NCBI GenBank assembly: GCA_963845755.1
Contig: CAWJTV010000030.1
Coordinates: forward strand, 129,680 to 193,679
DNA: 64,000 nt
Direction: 5' to 3'
Origin: an uncultured Planctomycetota bacterium
GTDB taxonomy: Bacteria; Planctomycetota; Planctomycetia; Isosphaerales; Isosphaeraceae
In this document: positions 34,104 to 43,657 of the stretch, in pieces
How positions within the stretch are numbered: position 1 is the first letter of the stretch
Layout: each line of letters starts with the position of its first letter
The notes under the pieces: generated by a model
What the model was told of the DNA's origin: nothing
What the model saw: only the letters and a program-made list of their open reading frames with translations
Databases searched by the model: none
Position numbers and translations under genes: made by a program

Positions 34104-35505
34104 TCATTTTCTCCGATCGCGATCGCCCAGGCCGCCCTTGAGGGGGATCTTGCGCTCGGGCTTGGGTGCCGGCGGAGTCTCATCGTCTTCCGCTTCCTCT
34201 TCCTCGGGCTCGGCCGGGGTTTTCCTGGGGTCGGGCAGGAGCGACAGGGCGATTCGTTTGATCTCCGGCTCGACCTTGAGGATGCGGACCTCGACATCCT
34301 GGGCGAGCTGCACGATGTCGGCGACGCGACGTACGCGGGTCGGTGACAACTCCGAGATGTGAATGAGGCCCTCGACGCCGGGTTCGAGCTCGACGAACGC
34401 GCCGAACTCCATGGTCCGGGTGACCTTTCCCTTAATCATCGTCCCGCGCAAGTATTTCTCGCCGGCGGTCGCCCAGGGACTCGGTGTGAGCTGTTTCAGA
34501 CCGAGAGTGAGCTTGCGCGTCGTCCGGTCGATCTTCAGGACCTTGACCGTGACCTTGTCGCCGATCTTGACCAGGTCGTCAACCTTACCGAGGCGCGACC
34601 AGCTCATCTCCCCGATGGGGAGCAGGCCGTCAACTCCGCCGAGGTCAACGAAGGCGCCGAAATCCTTGACCGAGCGAATGACACCCTCGCGGACCTGGCC
34701 TTCTTCGAGCTCGGCCCAGGTGCGGCTCGCGCTGCTCGGCCCGTTCTTGCTCCAGCAATTCCCGTCGCGAGATGACAAGGTTCTTCTCACGCGGGTTGGC
34801 CTCGGTCACGATCGCCTTGAACTTCTGATTGACGTAACTCGCGGCATCATCGATTCGCGACAGGTCGATCTGGCTGATCGGGAGGAAGCCGCGGATGCCG
34901 TTGACGTCAACTTCGACGCCCCCCTTGATCACCTTGGTCACTCGGGCCTCGACAACGACTCCCTTCTTGAGATTGGTCCAGTCGGCCTCGATCGCCGCGC
35001 CCTTGAGGCGAAGGAGCAGGACGCCTTCCGCCGGGTCGAACCGATCGATGACGACGTCGATCGTCGCGCCAGGCTCGGGGAGGTCCTTCCCCTCGAATTG
35101 GTCGACCGTGAGGATTCCCTCGCTCTTGCCCCCCATATCGACGAAGATCGTCTTCCCGCGGACGCTGATGACCTTGCCGGAACGGGGTCCCGGCCGCCCT
35201 TCTTGGCCGCGTTCGGCCCGCTGGTCCGCAGTTCGTTCGCCCTGGGGACGCGGGGCACGGGGCGAGGCGACCTCCATGCTCTTCGGATCGAAGCCGCTGA
35301 GCGTGGCTTCCAGCTCCGCCTCCAGTTCGGCGTCCCATTGCCGCTTGAGCGGAATGTCCGCCGCCAGCGGCTCACCGGCCGTCCGGCGCGTTTCCGCAGC
35401 CAGCGCGCGGTTGTAATCCTCGTCCGTCTCCGGTCGAGTCGAGGCTGCGTTGGGCTGGGCCTTCGGGGCGGGTTTCTGCGACGGATTCTCGTTCGATTCA
35501 GGCAT
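34104..35505 (-). CDS. S1 RNA-binding domain protein (RpsA-like, about 4 S1 domains; frameshift near 34720)
   Basis: FVDMGGKSEG, RGFLPISQ, FGAFVDLGGVDGLL, FGAFVELEPGVEGLIHISEL. Confidence 0.85.
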
Positions 35506-35757
35506 GAGATCACTTCCCGACAGATCGATCAACGTTCCGAAAGGAGCTTCAGCGCACGGGTTGCGAATTCCGATGGCCCGTCGCTACATCCAGCGATTCC
35601 AGTACTTCTCGCTCCGCGGCTTGGGAGCGTAACGGACGACCTTCCTGACGCGAGCGCGGCAACACGATCAAGATGGGGTTCGTCTCAACCACCAGATTAG
35701 CGTCTTCCCAGCGCAGGGCCAAGCTGAGCCTTCATCCGAGTCGGATCTTCCGCGCTC

Positions 35758-37436
35758 GGGTGCAGGAACGCTAATGATTTTTCACGCAGCGATGGGTGCT
35801 TGCGTGTCGCGACCTGGCCGCGCGTAGGGATGACCTGGCCGGTTGCGAATCTGGTCGATGAATTCCTCGTCGTCGTTGAGCCAAGCCGCGCGGAGGTTGA
35901 GCACGGCCTCGGGGTTGGCGTTGTTGTTCCAGAATTTCTCGCTCCCTTTGGCGCGCTGGTTGAGCTGCTTGACCCACGATTCCACCGGGCTGCTGGTGAT
36001 GGGTAATCCGACCCGGCGGTAGCGCGGGTAGTCCATGCGCGACTGATTATTCTCCAAGTAGCCGCGCTCGCGATCGAGCACGCACCAGGGATGGTCGGGG
36101 TCGTCTTTGGGATTCGTCGGTGGATCGATCCGGCTTTGGTGATCGGCGATCTCGCCCAGGACGTCCCCGACGCGACCTTCCCAGCACGACTCCGCCCAGT
36201 GCCGGCCCAACTCAACGCCTTGGCCAGTGGCCTTGGCCGCGGCGTGCACGTGTTCCGCGGCGTGGACGAAATCCAGGATCGGCTCGAAGTCGGCGAAGTG
36301 ACGACGCTGGATCGACCAGTTATACGGCAGGCCGTCGCTGACGAAGGCCTTGGCCGTGGCGGTGAAGAAGCCGCGCCGGTCCGCGGCGGCAGCCGCCATC
36401 CAACCGAACGTCTCGCTGTCATTCAAGGTGGCCAGCCCGGAGCGGACCACCGGGACCGGTCTCCAGTCCGGTTTCTCGGCCGGGGTCGCCGATTCACTCG
36501 CCGGTGGCAGCTCGACAGCCGATCCCAGAGGTCCAGCAAAGCACGTGGGGAGGTTCGGCTGTGGATCGACGTCGGATACCTGACGCTTCATCCGCAGCAG
36601 GACGGCCGTCTTGGTCTCCCTCCAAGCCGGCTCGTGGACCCCCGGCCCGTGGTCGGGTTGGCGCACCTGAATACGACCGCCATCGATCATGACGGCGGCC
36701 AACTCGATCGGCGGATTCGCGGCCGTCGTCGGCGTCATCAACGGGCGATCTTTATAGGCCGTCGTCCGCTCGGTTTGCTCATCGACTCCGATGCCTCCCT
36801 GTTCCTGGCAGAGCGTCTGGAGGTGGCGGGGTGAGATCTTCAGTTCCGCAGCGATGCCGGCCAATTTCGCGGCCTCGGCGAACGAGCGGGCGGCGATGGC
36901 CATCGCGACCAGGATTGCCCGCATCGTCGGGCTATAGCCGCGGTGATCCAAGCCCTGGCGCGGTCTATTGGGGGAAAAAGACCCGCCGGCATCGCGGGCA
37001 AGAGTGCCGTGCCTCTTTGAGGGAGATCGGCCCGTCGCGGGTCTCCAGCGGTCGCTCTTGGATGGTTCCGGCGCAAGCCTGGCCGCAACCGGGACAGGGT
37101 TGCTCGTGCTCGGCGGACTCGGCGCATTGAGACGCGGTTTGCTCGCAGAGCAGGCGTGCCACCTTGCGACCGGCTTCGTGAGCGCGTTGCTCGATGGTGG
37201 CGAAGTCGAGCCCCGCACCCGTCTGATCAACCGCGAAGAATTCTTCCTTGACCATCCCGAGAAGTCGCTGAAGACGGGCATCCTGGGCCGAATCGGTAGG
37301 CGAGCCGCGAAACATGACGATCCTCCATGATCAAGCTATCTTGCCCCAACGTCCTTCCACCCTATCAAAATTCGTCGAGTTCTCCTATTGACGTTTGGCT
37401 ACACCCGGATGTGGCGACATTAGCGTTCCTGCTCCC
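35758..37436 (-). mobile_element. Complete ISKra4-type (IS256/Mutator-like superfamily) insertion sequence
   Basis: 19-bp TIR GGGTGCAGGAACGCTAATG / CATTAGCGTTCCTGCTCCC (1 mismatch); 9-bp direct repeat TCCGCGCTC at 35749-35757 and 37437-37445. Confidence 0.9.
35782..37315 (-). CDS. ISKra4 family DDE transposase in two overlapping frames
   Basis: ORF1 has CPGC...CPRC zinc ribbon ending RRVFFPQ; ORF2 has MIDGG, VSDG, LDFVHAAEH, ITSSPVESWVKQ..RAKGSEKFW; junction at TTTTTCCCCC. Confidence 0.88.
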
Positions 37437-37548
37437 TCCGCGCTCGGGTGTCAGGATCCTGGCTCCCAGACGACTGGTCTGTATGTTATCCTCGGTACTC
37501 CTAAACTACGCATTGAAGATCCCAGAGAGACAAAGAGGACCTGGAAGC

Positions 37549-38266
37549 ATGTCGGAAGAGGAATCGAGGTTGAGTCCCTCGGAATTGAGAACGCTGAGGC
37601 GCGTGAGCACACCGACGATCTCGAATGCCATCGAGCTGTTCAACGTTCGTCCCCGTCATACCGGATTCTTGCCGCACACGATCCGATGCCTGCTGCCGGA
37701 CCTGGGCTCCATCGTCGGCTACGCGGTGACCTCGAAGACGCGCGCCGCGCCGGCCGATGCCGGAGAGCCGGTCCTCGACCTGCTGGGGGACTACTTCCGA
37801 TACGTGGCTAGTCACCCCGGACCCAAGATCGCGGTCGGAGAGGATCTCGACGACCCGCCTGGACTGGGAGCCCAGTTCGGCGAAGTGACCGCGACGATCC
37901 ACCAGAAGCTTGGGTGTGTTGGGCACATTACCAGCGGTTGCCCGCGAGACCTCGATGAAGTACACGCGCTGGGTTTCCAGCTCTTCGGCCTGAATCCCTG
38001 CGTCAGCCACGCCTATGTCCGGCTCGTCGAATTTGGTACGCCCGTATCGATCGGCGGCGTTGAGATCCTTTGCGGTGATCTGATCCACGCCGACAAGCAC
38101 GGCGTCTGCGTGATTCCCCATGCTGTGGCACATCGATTGGCGGCCGCTTGTGCCGAGGTCGAGCGTCGGGAGAAGCCGCTCCTCGAGTATTGCGCTCTGG
38201 ACGATTTCGATCTGGAGGAATACATCAAGTTACGCAACGTGTCTCACGCCGCAGATCCTGGAATGA
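37549..38266 (+). CDS. RraA-like / HMG-aldolase family protein (3' end uncertain, apparent frameshift)
   Basis: STPTISNAIE, VGYAVT, FGEVTA, TSGCPRDLDEV, GDLIHADKHGV. Confidence 0.8.
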
Positions 38267-38359
38267 CGACGATACCTGGACGCTCGGAAAGCTTGCCCGT
38301 CACGGCGTCGGTGAGGGGTAGGATGCCCGAGCATCTGTCGATCACCGCCGCTGAGTTCG

Positions 38360-38830
38360 TCAGCCGACGCGACGCGGTGGGGAAGGCGAGATTGCGACCG
38401 CCTCGAAACGCTGGTTGTGACCGACGGCTTCGTTGGGCCGTACTTCGTCAAGCCGTTTGCCTTCGACGTGCCACCGACCTTTGCGGAACTCGAAAAGGGC
38501 CGTGGCGTGATGGCTCATCTGGACCAGGTCGAACGGTGCGGGCTCGAAGTGGACGCAGACCAGGGCGAGCAGGTGGCGAGTCTGGCGGTCGCGGGCCCAC
38601 AGCACCTCGTCATGCCACTGCGCCGACTCCCACCGATGGCCCTCCGCGGGATCGACCCGACCCAGGACCGAGATGAACCGGGCCTCCAACCATTCGCGCT
38701 GCTGATGGAAGAGTTCCCGAGCGTGGTCGACATGCACGTCTTCCACGATTTGCCGGAGGGGCCGCCTGATGATCAGGCAGGCCACCACGACAACGACGGG
38801 CAGGATGCCGGCCAAGATCAGCAATCCCAT
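38360..38830 (-). CDS. Hypothetical protein with N-terminal TM helix
   Basis: ARELFHQQREWLEARF...RW...W...ATALFEFRKGRW; coherent soluble domain after one TM. Confidence 0.65.
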   Translation of the reverse strand: MGLLILAGILPVVVVVACLIIRRPLRQIVEDVHVDHARELFHQQREWLEARFISVLGRVDPAEGHRWESAQWHDEVLWARDRQTRHLLALVCVHFEPAPFDLVQMSHHATALFEFRKGRWHVEGKRLDEVRPNEAVGHNQRFEAVAISPSPPRRVG

Positions 38831-38952
38831 GGTCGAATCCCCGGCCATTTCCCTGGATTGACGAGCGTCGCCTTCATTGTAGGATCGAAGCGTCGCCGTC
38901 CGCAAGTGACGGATTCCTCAAGAAACCATCCTTGCCAGGAGGAGGCATTCCG

Positions 38953-39882
38953 ATGAATCGCGCCGTACCTCGGCGGAGTGGCCCACCGTCGGACTCGCTA
39001 AAACTCGGCGCACACATGTCGATAACTGGTGGATGCGACCGGGCAATCTGGGCGGCCCACGCGGTCGCGTTCGCTACCGTTCAACTGTTCACGAAGAATA
39101 ATAACCGGTGGGATGCTCCCCTTTTGTCGGCAGGCCATGGCGAGGCGTTTCGGACGGCGCTCGCACAGACGGGGATCGTCAGCCCGGTGGCCCACACGTC
39201 CTACCTGATCAACCTGGCCAGCCCTGACGACCCGCTTCGGCGGAAGTCGATCGCTGCGCTGGTCGTGGAAGTGGAACGCTGTCAGTTCCTGGGCATCACC
39301 GACCTGGTGCTTCATCCGGGAGCTCACAAGGGTGAAGGAGTGGACGCGGGATTGACGCGGATCGCGGAGTCGCTCGATGAGGTCCACCGCCGCACCGAAG
39401 GGTTGGAGGTCCGGATCGACCTGGAAACGACGGCCGGCCAGGGGACAAGCCTGGGACACCGCTTTGAGCACCTCGGTGCGATCTTCGACCGTGTCGGATG
39501 CCCCGAGCGGCTGGGTGTCTGCGCGGATACGTGCCATATTTTCGCGGCGGGCTATCGCTTGGATACGCCGGAGGAGTACCATGAAACGATCGACCGGCTG
39601 GACCGGTCAGTCGGCCTGGATCGTCTCCGCGTCTGGCACCTGAATGACAGTTGTCGCGAATGTGGCAGCCGAGTCGATCGTCACGCGGCGATCGGGGCCG
39701 GTCGCATGGGATTGGAGCCGTTTCGAAATCTTGTGAACGATCCGCGGTTCCGCGATCTGCCGATGATCCTGGAGACTCCCAAGGGGACGGAAGACGGAGA
39801 AGATCTGGACGTGCGCAATGCGCGGATCCTCCGGGGGCTCGTCCGGGCGGAAAGTCGGCCCAGGATCTCCAGGCGAGCTTGA
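38953..39882 (+). CDS. nfo: Endonuclease IV (AP endonuclease)
   Basis: LGAHMSITGG, QLFTKN, HTSYLINLAS, VLHPG, LETTAGQG, DTCHIFAAG, HLNDS, DRHA, ILETP. Confidence 0.95.
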   Translation: MNRAVPRRSGPPSDSLKLGAHMSITGGCDRAIWAAHAVAFATVQLFTKNNNRWDAPLLSAGHGEAFRTALAQTGIVSPVAHTSYLINLASPDDPLRRKSIAALVVEVERCQFLGITDLVLHPGAHKGEGVDAGLTRIAESLDEVHRRTEGLEVRIDLETTAGQGTSLGHRFEHLGAIFDRVGCPERLGVCADTCHIFAAGYRLDTPEEYHETIDRLDRSVGLDRLRVWHLNDSCRECGSRVDRHAAIGAGRMGLEPFRNLVNDPRFRDLPMILETPKGTEDGEDLDVRNARILRGLVRAESRPRISRRA

Positions 39883-39964
39883 AGAGGCGTGGGTGGATCA
39901 GGCTGGAGGTCCGGGAAGGCTCGGCCATCGGCGCGGGACAGGACTGCGACAGAACGTGTGGGTC

Positions 39965-42157
39965 ATGGCTACTCATCAACTCAACGGACAGGTGGCGACC
40001 ACCCTGCCGGCGCCCGTGGCGCCGGGCACGGCGGAGCCGGGGTGGTTCCTCAACCGCGAGCTGAGCTGGTTGGATTTCAACGAACGCGTGCTGGAAGAAG
40101 CGCGCGACTCGTCGAATCCGTTGATGGAGCGGCTCAGGTTCCTGGCGATCTGCGCATCGAACCTCGATGAGTTCTTCGAGGTCCGCGTCGCCGGGCTCCA
40201 GGCTCAGATTTACGAGAACCTCGAGCCGCAGGATCCGCCTCCCGACGGCATGGGGCCCCTGGCGCAGCTCATCGAGATCTCGCGCCGTGCCCATGACTTC
40301 GTCGGCCGGATGTACGAGGTCTGGCTCACGGAGATCCGCCCTCAATTGCTCAAGCATGGCATCCGCCTGTGTGAGCCGGCGGAGCTGACCGAGTCCCAGA
40401 ACGCGTTCCTCGACGAGTACTTCGACTCGCAGGTCTATCCGGTGCTGACGCCGCTGGCGATCGATCCGGCGCACCCGTTTCCCCACGTCCACAACAAGAG
40501 CCTGAACCTCCTGCTTCGGATCGAATCCGACAAGCCCCATGCGCGCCCACTCTATGCGGTGCTCCAGGTCCCTACGGTGTTCAACCGCCTGGTACCGCTT
40601 CCCGATGAGGCCGATGGGCAGCGCCGGCTCGTACTGCTGGAGGACGTCATCGGACCGCGGCTGGACGCGCTCTTCGGCGGCTACCGCACGACCGAGAGGG
40701 TGGCGTTCCGCGCGACGCGCAACAGCGATCTTTCGATCCAGGAGAATGAGGTCCGCAGCAGCCTGCTCTCGACGATCGAGGAAACCCTCCGCCAGCGCAA
40801 GTGGGGCGCCGCCGTGCGGCTGGAGATCTCGGATCGGGCGGACGACGGCTTCCTCGCCCAATTGCTCTCGGCATCGGCGCTGGAGTTGGAGGAGCGCGAC
40901 GTCTACAAGATCCCAGGTCCCGTCGACCTGACGGCGCTGGCGGGCCTCTGGAAGCTGGAGGGATTCCGCGACCTGCGCGATCTGCCGTTCGAGCCGCAGA
41001 TGCCGGCGGTGCTGGCCAATCGCAAGAATGTCTTCGCTGCCATCCGCGACCAGGACATCCTGGTCCACCACCCGTACGAGTCGTTCGGGACGGTCGTGCA
41101 ATTCATCGAGCAGGCCTCGGAGGATTCGCAGGTCCTGGCGATCAAGATGACCCTCTATCGCACGGCGGATGCCAACCCGATCATCACGGCACTGGCCCGT
41201 GCGGCCGAGCTGGGCAAACAGGTTACTGCACTCGTCGAGCTCCAGGCCCGGCTCGATGAGGAGAACAACATCGACAAGGCCCGAATGCTCCAGAAAGCGG
41301 GCGTCCACGTCGTCTACGGGATCGTCGGCCTCAAGACCCACTGCAAGGCGGCCCTGGTCGTGCGCCGCGAGCACGACGGGATCCGTCGATACGTCCACCT
41401 CGGCACCGGGAACTACAACCCGACGACCGGCCGGCAGTACACCGATTTGAGCTTCTTCACCTGCCGACCCGAGTTTGGCCAGGACGCCACTTATCTGTTC
41501 AACCTCCTTACGGGGTACTCGCAGGGGAATCAGTGGAACAGGCTGATCGTGGCACCCAAGCACCTGGCCAACCGCCTCGGGGCGCTGATCGACCGCGAAC
41601 GGACCAATGCCGAGGCCGGCCTGCCGGCGCGGATCATCGCCAAGATGAATTCTCTGGTCGATCCCAAGATCATCGAGTCGCTCTACCGGGCTTCGCAGGC
41701 GGGCGTGCGGATCGACCTGATCGTCCGCGGGACCTGCTGCCTGCGCCCCGGGATGCCGGGAGTCTCCGAGAACATCCGGGTCATCAGCATCATCGACAAG
41801 TATCTGGAACACTCGAGGATCACCTACTTCCAGAACGGCGACGATCGCGAGGTCTTCCTCGCGTCGGCGGACTGGATGCCGCGAAACTTCCGCCGCCGCG
41901 TCGAGATCATGTTCCCGATCGAGAGCCCCCAGCTCAAGCGTCGCCTGATCGACGGCATCCTGGGTGTGGTCCTCGCCGACAACGTCAAGGCACGCGAGCT
42001 TCACGTGGACGGGACCTATCGCCGCGTCCCACCGGCCGGCGCGAACGAGCCGAGCATCCGCTGCCAGGTCGAGTTCCAGAACATGGCCATCGAGCTCTGC
42101 GAGACCAGCCCGATCAGCCAGCCCGCGACTGCGATGGCCGGGGCGTCGGTGCCCTGA
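39965..42157 (+). CDS. ppk1: Polyphosphate kinase 1
   Basis: NRELSWLDFNERVL, SNLDEFFEVRVAGL, DPAHPFP, HHPYESF, IKMTLYRT, HLGTGNYN, AKMNSL, LEHSR, SADWMPRN. Confidence 0.97.
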   Translation: MATHQLNGQVATTLPAPVAPGTAEPGWFLNRELSWLDFNERVLEEARDSSNPLMERLRFLAICASNLDEFFEVRVAGLQAQIYENLEPQDPPPDGMGPLAQLIEISRRAHDFVGRMYEVWLTEIRPQLLKHGIRLCEPAELTESQNAFLDEYFDSQVYPVLTPLAIDPAHPFPHVHNKSLNLLLRIESDKPHARPLYAVLQVPTVFNRLVPLPDEADGQRRLVLLEDVIGPRLDALFGGYRTTERVAFRATRNSDLSIQENEVRSSLLSTIEETLRQRKWGAAVRLEISDRADDGFLAQLLSASALELEERDVYKIPGPVDLTALAGLWKLEGFRDLRDLPFEPQMPAVLANRKNVFAAIRDQDILVHHPYESFGTVVQFIEQASEDSQVLAIKMTLYRTADANPIITALARAAELGKQVTALVELQARLDEENNIDKARMLQKAGVHVVYGIVGLKTHCKAALVVRREHDGIRRYVHLGTGNYNPTTGRQYTDLSFFTCRPEFGQDATYLFNLLTGYSQGNQWNRLIVAPKHLANRLGALIDRERTNAEAGLPARIIAKMNSLVDPKIIESLYRASQAGVRIDLIVRGTCCLRPGMPGVSENIRVISIIDKYLEHSRITYFQNGDDREVFLASADWMPRNFRRRVEIMFPIESPQLKRRLIDGILGVVLADNVKARELHVDGTYRRVPPAGANEPSIRCQVEFQNMAIELCETSPISQPATAMAGASVP

Positions 42158-42248
42158 GATCGGCCGATTCTCGGATGAAAGTCTCCATAAATGCTGATAA
42201 TGAGCATGTCCAGGTACGTAATTCCTGTGACATCCATCTGAGCTCTTC

Positions 42249-42767
42249 TTAACGATCCCGGCCTTCGGCCAGCCGCCGAATCAGGCGGGGCGTCGCGATC
42301 CAGAGGAGGTTGAACCGATCGGGGGCCGCGGCCGAGGGTCCGAGAGCGGCGATTCCGCCTTTCTTGAGGTCACAGACCTGCGGGCCCAGTCTCCGCTTGC
42401 CCAGGATCAGGAGCGTGATCAGGTCACTGAGGGCCGGATTGTGGCCGACGATCATGAGACGCTCCTGGGTCCGCTCCCGAAGCCAGTTCTGGATCGATGC
42501 CGCATCGGATCCGGCTGCGAGGATCTCGGCGGTTTCCAGTCGATCGTCGGCATCCAGCTCCTCGGCGACGATCTCCGCGGACTCTCGGGCTCTGGGGAGC
42601 GGACTGGTGACGATGCCTTCGAGCCGCAGATCGAGCCGGCGCACGCCGCGGGCGATCTCGTGCATCCGTTTCTGCCCCTTGGCCGTCAAGGGCCGCTCGT
42701 CGTCCGGGATGCCGGGCGTTCCCGGTTCGACGGCGATCCCATGCCTCAGGATGTACAGTTCTTTCAT
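42249..42767 (-). CDS. sixA: Phosphohistidine phosphatase SixA
   Basis: LYILRHGIA, DDERPLT, TSPLPRA, VGHNP, LKKGG. Confidence 0.88.
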   Translation of the reverse strand: MKELYILRHGIAVEPGTPGIPDDERPLTAKGQKRMHEIARGVRRLDLRLEGIVTSPLPRARESAEIVAEELDADDRLETAEILAAGSDAASIQNWLRERTQERLMIVGHNPALSDLITLLILGKRRLGPQVCDLKKGGIAALGPSAAAPDRFNLLWIATPRLIRRLAEGRDR

Positions 42768-42786
42768 CGAAGACCTCAAATCGAAT

Positions 42787-43653
42787 TCAGACTTTGGGGC
42801 CGCCCTGATTGACCGACGCGCCCTGCTTCCAGCTCGCTGCCTCTTCGCCGTCGATTCGGAGCGTCAGGCACTTGGCACTCCCGCCGGACTTGATGAATTC
42901 CGAGAAGCCGAGCGGCCGCACGGCGTAACCCGCGCCCTTCAAGGTGGCAGCCAGCTTCGGTGCGCCCTCGTTGAGCACGACCGTCCTGCCGACGACGACC
43001 GCATTGCAACTGAACGAAGCGGCTTCCTCGGCCACGACCTCGATTAGGTGGGGGATGCGGTCGCGCAACACGGATCGGCCGTAATCGTCGAATGCGCCCG
43101 GGTAATACAGGGCCCAGTCGGGCGCCAGCGGGCAGAAACAGGTATCCAGGTGGTAGAATCGGGGATCGATCAGCTCCATCGGCAGGACCTCGACGCCCAG
43201 CCGCTCGCCGACCCACTGGTGACTCCGCACGTCGCTGCGGAATCGATAGCCTGCGAAGAGCGTCTCGCCGCAGAACAAGGCGTCGCCCGCCCCCTCGAAT
43301 TGGAAGCCTTCCGGGAGGTTCACGACCTCGAACCCACGGCGCCGCGCCGAATCCTCGAAATGGGGAGTCTCGCCTTGCCGGACGCCGAATCGGAATCGAG
43401 AACTGATGAAAAGATTGCGGTAGACCACGCCGGCATTGGCCGTGAAGACCAGGTCGGGCAGGCCCGGGACCGGATCGATCTGGTCGACCAGGACGCCGAG
43501 TTCCTGGAGCGTGCCGTGGAGCGCAGTCCACTGGAGTCGGGAGCGTTCGGTGTCGCTTCCGACCCGGACGTTCATCCAGGGATTGATCTCGTATTCGATC
43601 CCGAAGTGATCCGGCGGACACATCAGGATTCGGTGTGTACTTGCGGTATCCAT
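42787..43653 (-). CDS. Amidinotransferase/DDAH-fold enzyme (ArgZ/AgrE arginine dihydrolase-like)
   Basis: ILMCPPDHFGIEYEINPWM, PDLVFTANAG, FEGAGD, FYHLDTCFCPL, EFIKSGGSAKCLTL. Confidence 0.85.
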   Translation of the reverse strand: MDTASTHRILMCPPDHFGIEYEINPWMNVRVGSDTERSRLQWTALHGTLQELGVLVDQIDPVPGLPDLVFTANAGVVYRNLFISSRFRFGVRQGETPHFEDSARRRGFEVVNLPEGFQFEGAGDALFCGETLFAGYRFRSDVRSHQWVGERLGVEVLPMELIDPRFYHLDTCFCPLAPDWALYYPGAFDDYGRSVLRDRIPHLIEVVAEEAASFSCNAVVVGRTVVLNEGAPKLAATLKGAGYAVRPLGFSEFIKSGGSAKCLTLRIDGEEAASWKQGASVNQGGPKV

Positions 43654-43657
43654 GACG

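Noticed and set aside
38267..38676. C-terminal extension of the RraA-like ORF
   Set aside because: Overlaps a better-supported minus-strand gene and is low-complexity; likely read-through from an indel near 38240
39296..42004. 902-aa minus-strand ORF and other long antisense ORFs (472-2190, 54035-55594, 34363-35700)
   Set aside because: High-GC antisense shadows of well-supported genes, with no motifs of their own
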